Source: a virus
Lineage: Duplodnaviria; Caudoviricetes
DNA length: 64,000 nt
Reading direction: 5' to 3' (one strand)
IMG/VR virus record: IMGVR_UViG_3300022555_000003
Span: 160,001 to 224,000 of that record
Numbering within the stretch: position 1 is the first letter of the stretch; each line of letters starts with the position of its first letter. A program made the position numbers and the translations under genes. Positions 37,782 to 46,571 of this stretch are shown here, in pieces. The notes beneath the pieces were generated by a model. The model did not search any database. It had not been told where the DNA came from and saw nothing but the letters and a program-made list of their open reading frames with translations.

Positions 37782-38752
37782 TGGAATAACTTCCCTTTAA
37801 CTATGTCCCATATACTGTTATGTATCCCATAATATTTACCATTTATTAGTATTTCGTGATTTGTGTTTAGTACCGCTTCCATTGAGGTTGTATTAATCTT
37901 GAACTTTTCTTGAAACTTGTTGAGATCAATTTTTGGTTTATATTTAAGTAATTGATCTGCTATACTATTAACTGGAGAGTCAGGATATTTATTTTTGACA
38001 TAAGCTAAATCAGTTTTAATGTTATAAAAATTTTGTCTATATAACCATTCTAAGATTTGTAAGTATTTGTAATGTTGTCCAATATCAGAATCACGTTCAA
38101 TTCTTTCTTTTTCATCTTTAAGAATCTTTTCCATATTATCTGGCAATGGTCTGTAAGTTAATTTCAATGAATAACTACTTAGTACTAGATCATCTCTTGT
38201 TTCGCTCCAACTAAAGTTAATGTCATTGAATGGAATTATTATGTATCTATCAGCGCCATATTCTGCAGCATGACATTCACTTGACGTTGTAAAAATACTA
38301 TTTCCTCTACGTGCTTTAACACCAAGTTTTTTTAATAAACTATCAAATTTGGTTGTAACAGAGGCCATACTGTCTTTTGGTCTTCGTTTTTCTAAGCTTT
38401 CATCCTGATACAATGCTCCATGAAATCTACGTCCACTGTATAATACTTGGCCTGTTCTGTTAAATAATTCTAGATAATGACTACAGTTATTTTGAATTAT
38501 TGGTCCGAATTTTGAAAATTCTTTCATTGAATCAGCAAATCTTTTTTGAGTTTTTATAACATTATCTTTAGCTTTTTGCAACTCTTTTTTAAATTTAGCA
38601 GCTTGTTCTGGAGTTGTACTTTCCAACTTGTTATGTTCAATACTTTTTACTTTGTTAATGCCTACTTGCAATGTAGCTTGTAACTCAAGCTGAACACTAT
38701 GTATTAAAACTTTTTCATTTGCGCTTTCAACAATAAATTCGTGTGACCGCAT
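37778..38752 (-). CDS. putative ADP-ribosyltransferase, copy 7 (YSGR variant)
   Basis: LYSGRR, RGNSIFTTSS, TNHEILING; leader MRSHEFIVES. Confidence 0.7.
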   Translation of the reverse strand: MRSHEFIVESANEKVLIHSVQLELQATLQVGINKVKSIEHNKLESTTPEQAAKFKKELQKAKDNVIKTQKRFADSMKEFSKFGPIIQNNCSHYLELFNRTGQVLYSGRRFHGALYQDESLEKRRPKDSMASVTTKFDSLLKKLGVKARRGNSIFTTSSECHAAEYGADRYIIIPFNDINFSWSETRDDLVLSSYSLKLTYRPLPDNMEKILKDEKERIERDSDIGQHYKYLQILEWLYRQNFYNIKTDLAYVKNKYPDSPVNSIADQLLKYKPKIDLNKFQEKFKINTTSMEAVLNTNHEILINGKYYGIHNSIWDIVKGKLFQ

Positions 38753-39801
38753 TACATATCTCCTTTAAACAAATCAAATAAATCAATTTGAACCGCAATG
38801 TATTTTCCATGTATTAGTACTTCGTGCTTTTTAATTATAGCAGTTTGTAAGTTGGTGTCCATTGGTTTATATTTTTTCTTAAATTTATTCAAATTGACTC
38901 GGCTATATTCAATACTGTTTAATGTAAGTAGTAATGATTCAGGAAAATAATAATTTAGAAATTTTCGACCAGTGAAAGAAATAATTCTGTTTCCAGTAGT
39001 TCGAACATCTAGTAGATATTTATAATAACATTGTAGAATTGATAATTTTTCATTATATTCATTATCGTTTGATTTTGATATTAACTCTTTCTCTTCTTCA
39101 ATTTTAGTCTGTATTTCATCTAATTCATTGTCTAAGGCGGCAATCACTTCGGGTGAAAAAGACATTAGTCCATTAAATGAATCACTATGTAATATTAGAT
39201 CCTTTCCAGCCTCTGACCAGGAATAATCAGCTGTATCTTCAGGAAAAATAACATAAATGTTATTACCATATGATTTAGCTTGGCTTATACTACTTGATGT
39301 AAAAATACTGTTAGAACGCAGAGCTTTAATACCTAATTCTTGTAAACAACTATCATATAATATAGTAGAATCTATATTGCTATCTTTTGGAGGTCGATTA
39401 TTAGGACTGTCGGATTCAAATGCAGGAAATGAATTTGACTGACCACGATATAACATTCCACTATGCTTGAAGATTCCAATATATTCACTACATCTTTTTT
39501 TAATTATTGATATCAATAATTTTATGTTTTCTTTTAAATTTTCTTCTTTGTATTGATTTTTTTGAAGTTCAGCAATTCTATCAGTTAATACTTTATATTC
39601 TTTTTTAATTTTAAAAGATTCGTCAGATGTAATTTCTGGATTAAACCATATTTTTTCATGACATTCTGCTTGTTTCTTTTTTAAATCAATAATTACATAA
39701 GTAACCAATGGATCAACAGAAATGTCTACCAATGGATCAACAGAAATGTCTACCAATGGAGTTTTAACTGGTTTTATGTTCTCTACTTCAAATAGTCTCA
39801 T
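38752..39801 (-). CDS. putative R-S-E ADP-ribosyltransferase, copy 8
   Basis: Likely start MRLFEVE at 39801; LYRG, RSNSIFTSSS, KKHEVLIHG. Confidence 0.75.
   Translation of the reverse strand: MRLFEVENIKPVKTPLVDISVDPLVDISVDPLVTYVIIDLKKKQAECHEKIWFNPEITSDESFKIKKEYKVLTDRIAELQKNQYKEENLKENIKLLISIIKKRCSEYIGIFKHSGMLYRGQSNSFPAFESDSPNNRPPKDSNIDSTILYDSCLQELGIKALRSNSIFTSSSISQAKSYGNNIYVIFPEDTADYSWSEAGKDLILHSDSFNGLMSFSPEVIAALDNELDEIQTKIEEEKELISKSNDNEYNEKLSILQCYYKYLLDVRTTGNRIISFTGRKFLNYYFPESLLLTLNSIEYSRVNLNKFKKKYKPMDTNLQTAIIKKHEVLIHGKYIAVQIDLFDLFKGDM
39704..39760. repeat. 24-bp perfect tandem duplication in ART copy 8 N-terminus
   Basis: ACCAATGGATCAACAGAAATGTCT twice plus a partial copy; encodes PLVDISVDPLVDISVDPLV. 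Confidence 0.9.
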
Positions 39802-39802
39802 A

Positions 39803-40816
39803 TTAGTTTTTCTTTTCTGATATAGTAAGTAACGGTTCAAAATTTGAATTAGGTACAAATTCGTGTTTACGTATAACTGTCTTAGCTAAAAGCTCAAGTT
39901 CATCTTTAAATTTGTTCCATACTAGCACGAATGGAGCATTAACATCAGTTTTTAAATCTTTTAATACTGCTTGAAAGCCTGGATCTTTCTTTTTCAATTT
40001 TGGTGCATATTTTCGATAAGTTTCAATGAATAATCTGGCAAGTTCATTGATTGTTATTGGTTTCTTATTACGTAAATCATTTACTCTATCTAAGAAGTGT
40101 GTTGAAAAATGAACATCCATTCCAGCTAGCTCCCAAAATTGATTTAAATACTTCTCCAGAGAATGCAATTCATCATTAGTAATTTCTTCCGTTATTTTCT
40201 TTTTGGTACCTGACGGGGCAACTGCCATAGCGTCCTTTAAGGTTTTGAAATAACTCATCCCATTAACTTTTAACTTTGATATTTGAACAGCTCTTTTTGG
40301 ATCACCAGCTGCTGCTGAAATATAAAATGCTTTTTTATCATCTTCTGCTGCTGCTTTTCTCAATGCTGAAGCACTTCCAAGTCTGGGACTTTGTACGTGA
40401 GTAATTGATTTAAATGTATACTTACGTCCTAACTTGTCTGGAACTCCATTATAATCTTTAAGAAGTTTACCACTCCACCCATTCCAATCTTCAATATCAG
40501 TTACATATATTAAATCAGTTACTTCAGGATGATGTTGATTAATATAAAAAGCTAATGTAATAACTAATACTTCAGGAATGATGTGTCCTTTAAGGGTTGG
40601 ATCAAATGCTTCCATCCAAGCTTTTTTAACTTCGTAAGTAAGTGGATTATCTTTATTATGAGTAGTAGGACTAGTACCAACAAACCATAAATTATTGTCA
40701 GCTGAATGTTTAACAACTTCAAATAATTTAACATGTCCCATATGTACTCCGTTAAATCGACCAAAGCACATAGCGGCTGTTGTATTACTTGCTTCAAATA
40801 ATTGTTTGAGGTTCAT
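39803..40816 (-). CDS. HIGH-superfamily nucleotidyltransferase (cytidylyltransferase-like) fused to a second domain
   Basis: CFGRFNGVHMGH, NPLTYEVK, SASALR; C-terminal domain after KITEE with FSTHFLDRVND...KTVIRK. Confidence 0.75.
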   Translation of the reverse strand: MNLKQLFEASNTTAAMCFGRFNGVHMGHVKLFEVVKHSADNNLWFVGTSPTTHNKDNPLTYEVKKAWMEAFDPTLKGHIIPEVLVITLAFYINQHHPEVTDLIYVTDIEDWNGWSGKLLKDYNGVPDKLGRKYTFKSITHVQSPRLGSASALRKAAAEDDKKAFYISAAAGDPKRAVQISKLKVNGMSYFKTLKDAMAVAPSGTKKKITEEITNDELHSLEKYLNQFWELAGMDVHFSTHFLDRVNDLRNKKPITINELARLFIETYRKYAPKLKKKDPGFQAVLKDLKTDVNAPFVLVWNKFKDELELLAKTVIRKHEFVPNSNFEPLLTISEKKN

Positions 40817-41929
40817 TTAATGTTTTCCTAAGTTTGCTGCTGAGAATTTAAATCTATCAACTAACTTTACTGGGCCTGTATTGGTATGTACAATGAATCC
40901 TTCTTGACCAGTTTCATCACCTATTCCAGCATGTAAATCAGTAGTTGATTTATCAAGTTCATTTATTATCTTAAATTTTGCAACTGTAAGTAAACTAAAC
41001 ACAGTCATTACAGCACTAAATGCACTTTGATTTTTTTTAATATGTTCTAATATTCTAGGAGTTGCTGGTCCAGATTGAGTTTCTAACCATTTAATAAACT
41101 GTTGATCTAAATTAATTAATGATTTACTATATATAACATGTTGATTAACGAATGTTTTCAATAATGTCAAAAATGATTTAATCTTTGCTTCAGCTAAATC
41201 AGACTGATTAAATAATTGATCAATTGATGGACCAAACTTAGCAACTAATTGTGTAGCTTTTTTAAGTTCATCAGGCTCAGTAATAGTTACATTAGGAGCT
41301 AATTGGTCTGACATTATTAATAAGCCATTTACTTGATTTCTTACAACACTTTGTAAATCAGTATCAGTAACGTGATGTCCTGAAGTTGCTCCAGCATCTA
41401 ACTTACTATGCACTATAATTCCAACTTTGCTACGTCCTATTAACTTACCGAGTTCAGTATCAACGTTAACTGAATAAGTAACTGTATTTGGAGTGAAGAC
41501 AAACTTATCGCCTTGTTTTGGAGGTTGAGCTGTATACATTAAGTCTCCAAAAAGATATCCCGAAAAGCTTGTCGGAATACTCTTTTCAAAAATTGGCCAC
41601 AGTGAAGAATATAAAGCAAGTAAATGTTGATTGGTGCCACCTTTTCTAGCTGATAATATTTGTTCAAGTTCTTGTATACTATGTGGAGGAGTACTGATCA
41701 TATACTTATCACCCATAGCAAAACCAACTTTATCTCGTCCCCAGAATATAGCAGGCTTTCCGTCTGGCTTTAAACTTACTGTTTGTGGTTGTTTAATAGC
41801 TTGTCGTAATGCATTGATAGAGTCTGTTATCGCTGCTGATCCAATGAATGCAGCGTCTTCAACATGTTCAATTCGAGCTTTTTTAAGATTATATGTCTCT
41901 TCTTCTGTAATAAATTCTGATGATCGCAT
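40817..41929 (-). CDS. polynucleotide-ligase-like nucleotidyltransferase with Glu-leader
   Basis: Motif I KPDG, motif III-like GDLMY, motif IV EGFIV, motif V VKLV; starts MRSSEFITEE; GATAAATA at 41935-41942. Confidence 0.65.
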   Translation of the reverse strand: MRSSEFITEEETYNLKKARIEHVEDAAFIGSAAITDSINALRQAIKQPQTVSLKPDGKPAIFWGRDKVGFAMGDKYMISTPPHSIQELEQILSARKGGTNQHLLALYSSLWPIFEKSIPTSFSGYLFGDLMYTAQPPKQGDKFVFTPNTVTYSVNVDTELGKLIGRSKVGIIVHSKLDAGATSGHHVTDTDLQSVVRNQVNGLLIMSDQLAPNVTITEPDELKKATQLVAKFGPSIDQLFNQSDLAEAKIKSFLTLLKTFVNQHVIYSKSLINLDQQFIKWLETQSGPATPRILEHIKKNQSAFSAVMTVFSLLTVAKFKIINELDKSTTDLHAGIGDETGQEGFIVHTNTGPVKLVDRFKFSAANLGKH

Positions 41930-41955
41930 ATCAGTATTTATCTGAATTAATAATA

Positions 41956-42687
41956 TTATATTAATCGTTCAGCAAGCATATCTTCGTATATTTCTTTTCT
42001 AATAGCAATATATGTTCCGTGTACTAGTATTTCATGGCCAGATTTTAATGCAGCATCCAGATCAGTCTGGTCAAGTTTAAATACTTGTTGAAATGCTTTC
42101 AGATCCAAAATATTTAAATTTGAACTAGGTTGTAATACTATATCCCGATGTGTTTGAGACCAACTAAAATCATCAGAATTAAACGGAAAGATAACATATA
42201 CTCTACCATATGAGATAGCTTGGCTTACACTAGTTGTAGTAAAAATACTATTTGATCTCAACGCTTTAATGCCTAGTTTGGTTGCAAATTCATCATATTC
42301 TTCTTGAATTACCATGTAACTGTCTTTTGGTTCTCTATCAAAAGGTGAATAAGCTTCGAATGCTGCTGGCTTCTTACTTCTAATTCCACGATATAATACT
42401 CTATCATTCTTTTTAAATGCATCATAAAATTTACTACATTCTGATTTAATTCTATTAGATATTTGTTCGTAAGTTTTTATTATGTCAGTATTTGAATTAA
42501 TCTTTTCTAATTCATCATTGGCGCGTGCAAGCTTCTCTTGAAATAATTTTTTTCGTGATTCACTAGTAGTCTGATTTATAATTCTAACAAAAAATTGTAT
42601 GTTAAGTTCGATATTTTCTTTAGCAATTGGATCGTAATCTGCTAGTAAAGTAACTACATTTGATTTTGATATTTCGTTTAGTCTCAT
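41956..42687 (-). CDS. putative R-S-E ADP-ribosyltransferase, copy 9 (short form)
   Basis: LYRG, RSNSIFTTTS, SGHEILVHG; leader MRLNEIS. Confidence 0.75.
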   Translation of the reverse strand: MRLNEISKSNVVTLLADYDPIAKENIELNIQFFVRIINQTTSESRKKLFQEKLARANDELEKINSNTDIIKTYEQISNRIKSECSKFYDAFKKNDRVLYRGIRSKKPAAFEAYSPFDREPKDSYMVIQEEYDEFATKLGIKALRSNSIFTTTSVSQAISYGRVYVIFPFNSDDFSWSQTHRDIVLQPSSNLNILDLKAFQQVFKLDQTDLDAALKSGHEILVHGTYIAIRKEIYEDMLAERLI

Positions 42688-43415
42688 AATAGTTTCTCAA
42701 TGATCATATCTTCATATAAATCATGCCTAACTGCAATATACTTACCATGTATTAGTACTTCATGTTCAGAAAATAATGCCTCAGGTAAATTAGTCTGATC
42801 AAGTTTATATGTCTGTTGAAACTCTTGTACGTCTTTAAAATGTAATGGCTTCTCAGCGAATAATACAAGATCCTTTTTTGCATGAGACCAGCTAAAATCA
42901 GCTGAACTCTTAGGAAATACGACGTATAGATCGCCATAAATTCTAGCTTGATCTTCGTCTGACGATGTGAAAATACTATTTGATCTTTGTGCTATAATAC
43001 CAAGTTGCTCAGCAAATCTATCAAATTTTAATGTATTAACTAATCCGCTGTCCTTAGGTCGTCTGTCAGTTGGACTATTCGATTCGAATGCTGCTGGTTT
43101 GTTATGTCTGATGCCTCTATATAATACAGCATTACTTCGTTTGAATATACTATAAAATTTACTACATTCATTTTTAATCTTATCAGCTAATTCTTTTAAT
43201 ATATCATTTGACTTATTATATTCTTCAATCTTTCTTAATTGTTCTTTGGCGTGGTCTAACTCAACCTGAAATATTGCTTTACGTTCAGGAGTAACATAAT
43301 CTCTATTTAATTGATCAGTATAATACTGAATGTCTAAATTTATGCTGTTAAGTTTAGTAGCGTTATACTTATCAATTAATGTCGTTATGTTAGTAGATAT
43401 TTCATTCAATCTCAT
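42684..43415 (-). CDS. putative R-S-E ADP-ribosyltransferase, copy 10 (short form, ExE)
   Basis: LYRG, RSNSIFTSSD, SEHEVLIHG; leader MRLNEIS. Confidence 0.75.
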   Translation of the reverse strand: MRLNEISTNITTLIDKYNATKLNSINLDIQYYTDQLNRDYVTPERKAIFQVELDHAKEQLRKIEEYNKSNDILKELADKIKNECSKFYSIFKRSNAVLYRGIRHNKPAAFESNSPTDRRPKDSGLVNTLKFDRFAEQLGIIAQRSNSIFTSSDEDQARIYGDLYVVFPKSSADFSWSHAKKDLVLFAEKPLHFKDVQEFQQTYKLDQTNLPEALFSEHEVLIHGKYIAVRHDLYEDMIIEKLL

Positions 43416-44140
43416 AATAGTTTCTCTTTTATCATATCTTCATATACTTGATATTTAATAGCAATATATCGTCCATGTATTAATACTTCATGTTCTGATT
43501 TTAATGCAGCATCCAGATCTGTTTTCTTTAATTTGTATATCTCTTGGAATGATTTTAAGTCCTTAAATCCAGCTTTATGTTCAAGATATAATATAATTTC
43601 TCGTCGAGATTCTGACCAGCTAAAATCAGCTGTATCTTTTGGGTATATGACAAATAGAATGCCATAATATCTAGCGTGACATTCACTCGAAATAGTGAAA
43701 ATACTATTTGATCTAAGTGCTTCAATTCCGAGTTCTTGAGCAAACTTATCAAATAATATTGTATTATTAACATCACTGTCCTTAGGTTCTCTATTTACTG
43801 GGCTCATTGATTCAAATGCTGGCGGATGTTTATATTTGTATCCTCTAAACAATACTTTATCACATTTCTTAAAGGCATTATAAAAGTCTCTACATTCAAC
43901 TTTAATTTTAGTAGCTAATTTTTCCAATGAACCTTCCGGAAGTGATTCCAGATATGTTAATTCTTCTAGTGCATCTTCTAAATATTGTTGAGTTATTTTT
44001 TTATGCTCTTCTGTTTGTGGCTGCCGCATAAGTTTTTTATAATATGATATTTGCGAATTAATTGAATTTCTCCTAATAGGATCAAAATTCGCCGGTAGTA
44101 ACAGTATTTTGTTTGAATCAATCATTTCATATAGACGCAT
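43412..44140 (-). CDS. putative R-S-E ADP-ribosyltransferase, copy 11 (short form, ExE)
   Basis: LFRG, RSNSIFTISS, SEHEVLIHG; leader MRLYEMI; GATAAATA at 44146-44153. Confidence 0.75.
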   Translation of the reverse strand: MRLYEMIDSNKILLLPANFDPIRRNSINSQISYYKKLMRQPQTEEHKKITQQYLEDALEELTYLESLPEGSLEKLATKIKVECRDFYNAFKKCDKVLFRGYKYKHPPAFESMSPVNREPKDSDVNNTILFDKFAQELGIEALRSNSIFTISSECHARYYGILFVIYPKDTADFSWSESRREIILYLEHKAGFKDLKSFQEIYKLKKTDLDAALKSEHEVLIHGRYIAIKYQVYEDMIKEKLL

Positions 44141-44158
44141 AGTAATATTTATCTAAGT

Positions 44159-44890
44159 TTATAGTAATTTTTTACTTACCATTTCGTTGTATATGTCGTC
44201 TATAATAGCAATATATCTACCATGAATTAATATTTCGTGACCTGATAATAAAGCTTTATCTAAACTAAGTTGATCAAGCATAAATTTTTGTTGAAATAAT
44301 TGGATTGATGTGCAACTATCTAACATGTAAGGAACTAATACTATATCAGAATATTTCATTGACCACGAAAAATCAGCTGTATCTTTTGGAAAGATATTAT
44401 ATAAATAATATCCATACTCTTTAGCTTGAGATTTTTGAGTAGTAGCGAAGATACTGTTTGACCTGAGTGCTCTAATTCCAAGCTGTTCAGCAAATGTATC
44501 AAATTTTATTGTGGCTATTTCATTACTATCCTTTGGCCGACGGCCTTCTATACTAGTTGATACAAATACTGGTGGTCTCTCATTTCTAATTCCTCTAAAT
44601 AATACCTTGTTTACTTTCTTACAAGCATTATAAAATTTACCACATTCATTTTTAACTTTATCGGCTATTTTTTTAATCTTTTCATCTATTTCTTTGGCAT
44701 CAATATCATTTAGAATATCTAGATTGTAGTCTATAGATTGTTGTAATGACTTTCTATCTTCTGGATCAGTTGAATCATTTTGTAATTTAATCAGATTAGC
44801 AATATTCTTCTCAGCACTCTCTTTTTCATCTAATCCTATTTCAGATAGTAACGAAATTATATTTTCATCAGACATTTCATATAGACGCAT
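44159..44890 (-). CDS. putative R-S-E ADP-ribosyltransferase, copy 12 (short form)
   Basis: LFRG, RSNSIFATT, SGHEILIHG; leader MRLYEMSDE; TATAAATA at 44896-44903. Confidence 0.75.
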   Translation of the reverse strand: MRLYEMSDENIISLLSEIGLDEKESAEKNIANLIKLQNDSTDPEDRKSLQQSIDYNLDILNDIDAKEIDEKIKKIADKVKNECGKFYNACKKVNKVLFRGIRNERPPVFVSTSIEGRRPKDSNEIATIKFDTFAEQLGIRALRSNSIFATTQKSQAKEYGYYLYNIFPKDTADFSWSMKYSDIVLVPYMLDSCTSIQLFQQKFMLDQLSLDKALLSGHEILIHGRYIAIIDDIYNEMVSKKLL

Positions 44891-44898
44891 AGTAATAT

Positions 44899-45662
44899 TT
44901 ATATAAGCCTATTATAATACCTGATCTAACAGCAATATATGTGCCTTTAATCCAAATTTCGTGTCCAGATAATAATGCTTCTTTTAAATTAGTATCTGAA
45001 TGTAATCCTAAAACCTTAACCATATTATTAATATTAAAATTAGTACGTAGTTTAAACTCTCCAAATTGCTTTTTAATTGGATGATTCAGGTAATCGACTC
45101 ATGTATATTTCTAGAAGATTACGTTGTTCAAGCACATTATTAATAATAGACAAATACATTCTATTAATAGTTCCATGGTAATTATCTTCAACTATTGAAG
45201 GATTACTTGTTGGATACTTATCTATATAATCTTTTAAAGCTTTAGTGAATTGACTAGTATAAGAGTATGCTCCATATTTAATTACTGAATCAAAATCAAA
45301 AACTAAGTCATCATCATTTTCACACCAAGTATAATGAAAACCATTTTTTGGATATATTTGAAATACTTCACCAAAATACTTTGCTAATTTATGTGAAGTA
45401 GTTGCATATATAGAATTTAGACGCCTAGCTTCAACACCAATACTATCAAGACCCCAATCTATTACTCTATATATTTCTGCATTAGATGTCTTTGGAATAC
45501 GATCAGTACTACTACTATCTATATAATAGTTATTCTCATCTCTGGAATGACCACGTGTTCCATGTAGTAATGGATGTTCAGGAACTTCTTTCAATACCTT
45601 AAGATAATCAGAACACTCAGTAGCTATTTTTTCTTCTAATGTGATATTTCAAATAAGCGCAT
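44899..45662 (-). pseudogene. ART-array copy 13, at least two frameshifts
   Basis: MRLFEI start at 45662 is out of frame with LEEKIATECSDY; a second shift near 45076-45100 separates the core (LLHG, RLNSIYATTS) from LLSGHEIWIKG. Confidence 0.7.
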
Positions 45663-45667
45663 AGCAG

Positions 45668-45722
45668 TATTTATCACATCTTAAATGACTATAGGTGGTA
45701 GAGTTTAATTCTACCACCTATA
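45668..45722 (-). promoter_or_regulatory. terminator hairpin followed by the late promoter opening the ART array
   Basis: 13-bp stem TATAGGTGGTAGA/TCTACCACCTATA (45690-45722); GATAAATA at 45668-45675. Confidence 0.7.
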
Positions 45723-45730
45723 TCAAAATA

Positions 45731-46570
45731 CTACTTCTTAAATGTTGATAAATCTGTATTTATTACATCAGCAATTGGAGGAGGAACCAACTTTTTCTGT
45801 TCAATCCCACCATTAGCTTGAGCAATCGATGCTGTTTGCGGAGTTCCTAAAATAGCAGATAACCGTTCAGGATCTCCTGGGAATCTAAATCTACCAATAT
45901 GATCTAGCTTAATAGAAATATCACCCCATACATCAATACCAATGCGCCTTGCTTGATCACAGAAGAACCAATCTTCGCTAAGTAATTCTTCATTAACAAC
46001 TGGACAAGCAAATAAAGCATACATAGCTTTGTCATACTTACTATCCATACCAATGTTGCCTGAATACTTTGTCTCTGGATAAGCTTCAAACATCTTCGTA
46101 AATACATTACGCTTGATTAGCATAAATCCAGTACCTAAACGTGTTAACGGGATTAGGTTATTTACTGTAGTAATTTCACCCTTTTCATTAACATTCTTAC
46201 CATCAATGTTTACAACATAATCGATTGGTAAGCTCTTCTTAGGATAGCATCCACCAACAATGTCTTTATCATGTAATAGCAATTGAAAGATATTCTCTGG
46301 TTGGAATCCAATATCTGCATCAATGAATAACAGATGTGTTGCATCTGCATTATCCATCATCTTAGCAACTAATGTATTCCTTCCTCGAGGAATTAGTGAC
46401 TCATTTGTAAGTGTATCAATTGAAAAGTTTGAACCTAACTTATTACAGAAAATAACAAACTTTAAGCATGATACGAATACTGCCTCTGACAACATGCCAT
46501 CATAGCATGGAATTGCTATGTGGACATGTTGTTTTCTTAGGAACTCAACTTCATCTGGAGTTAATTGCAT
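45731..46570 (-). CDS. GT-A fold glycosyltransferase-like protein
   Basis: IAIPCY, SLIPRGRN, HLLFIDADI (DxD), GTGFMLIKR, SEDWFFC. Confidence 0.75.
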   Translation of the reverse strand: MQLTPDEVEFLRKQHVHIAIPCYDGMLSEAVFVSCLKFVIFCNKLGSNFSIDTLTNESLIPRGRNTLVAKMMDNADATHLLFIDADIGFQPENIFQLLLHDKDIVGGCYPKKSLPIDYVVNIDGKNVNEKGEITTVNNLIPLTRLGTGFMLIKRNVFTKMFEAYPETKYSGNIGMDSKYDKAMYALFACPVVNEELLSEDWFFCDQARRIGIDVWGDISIKLDHIGRFRFPGDPERLSAILGTPQTASIAQANGGIEQKKLVPPPIADVINTDLSTFKK

Positions 46571-46571
46571 C

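Noticed and set aside
32229-45662. Diversity-generating retroelement behind the paralog array
   Set aside because: No reverse transcriptase and no near-identical template/variable repeat pair with adenine-specific differences was seen; divergence is spread across whole genes.
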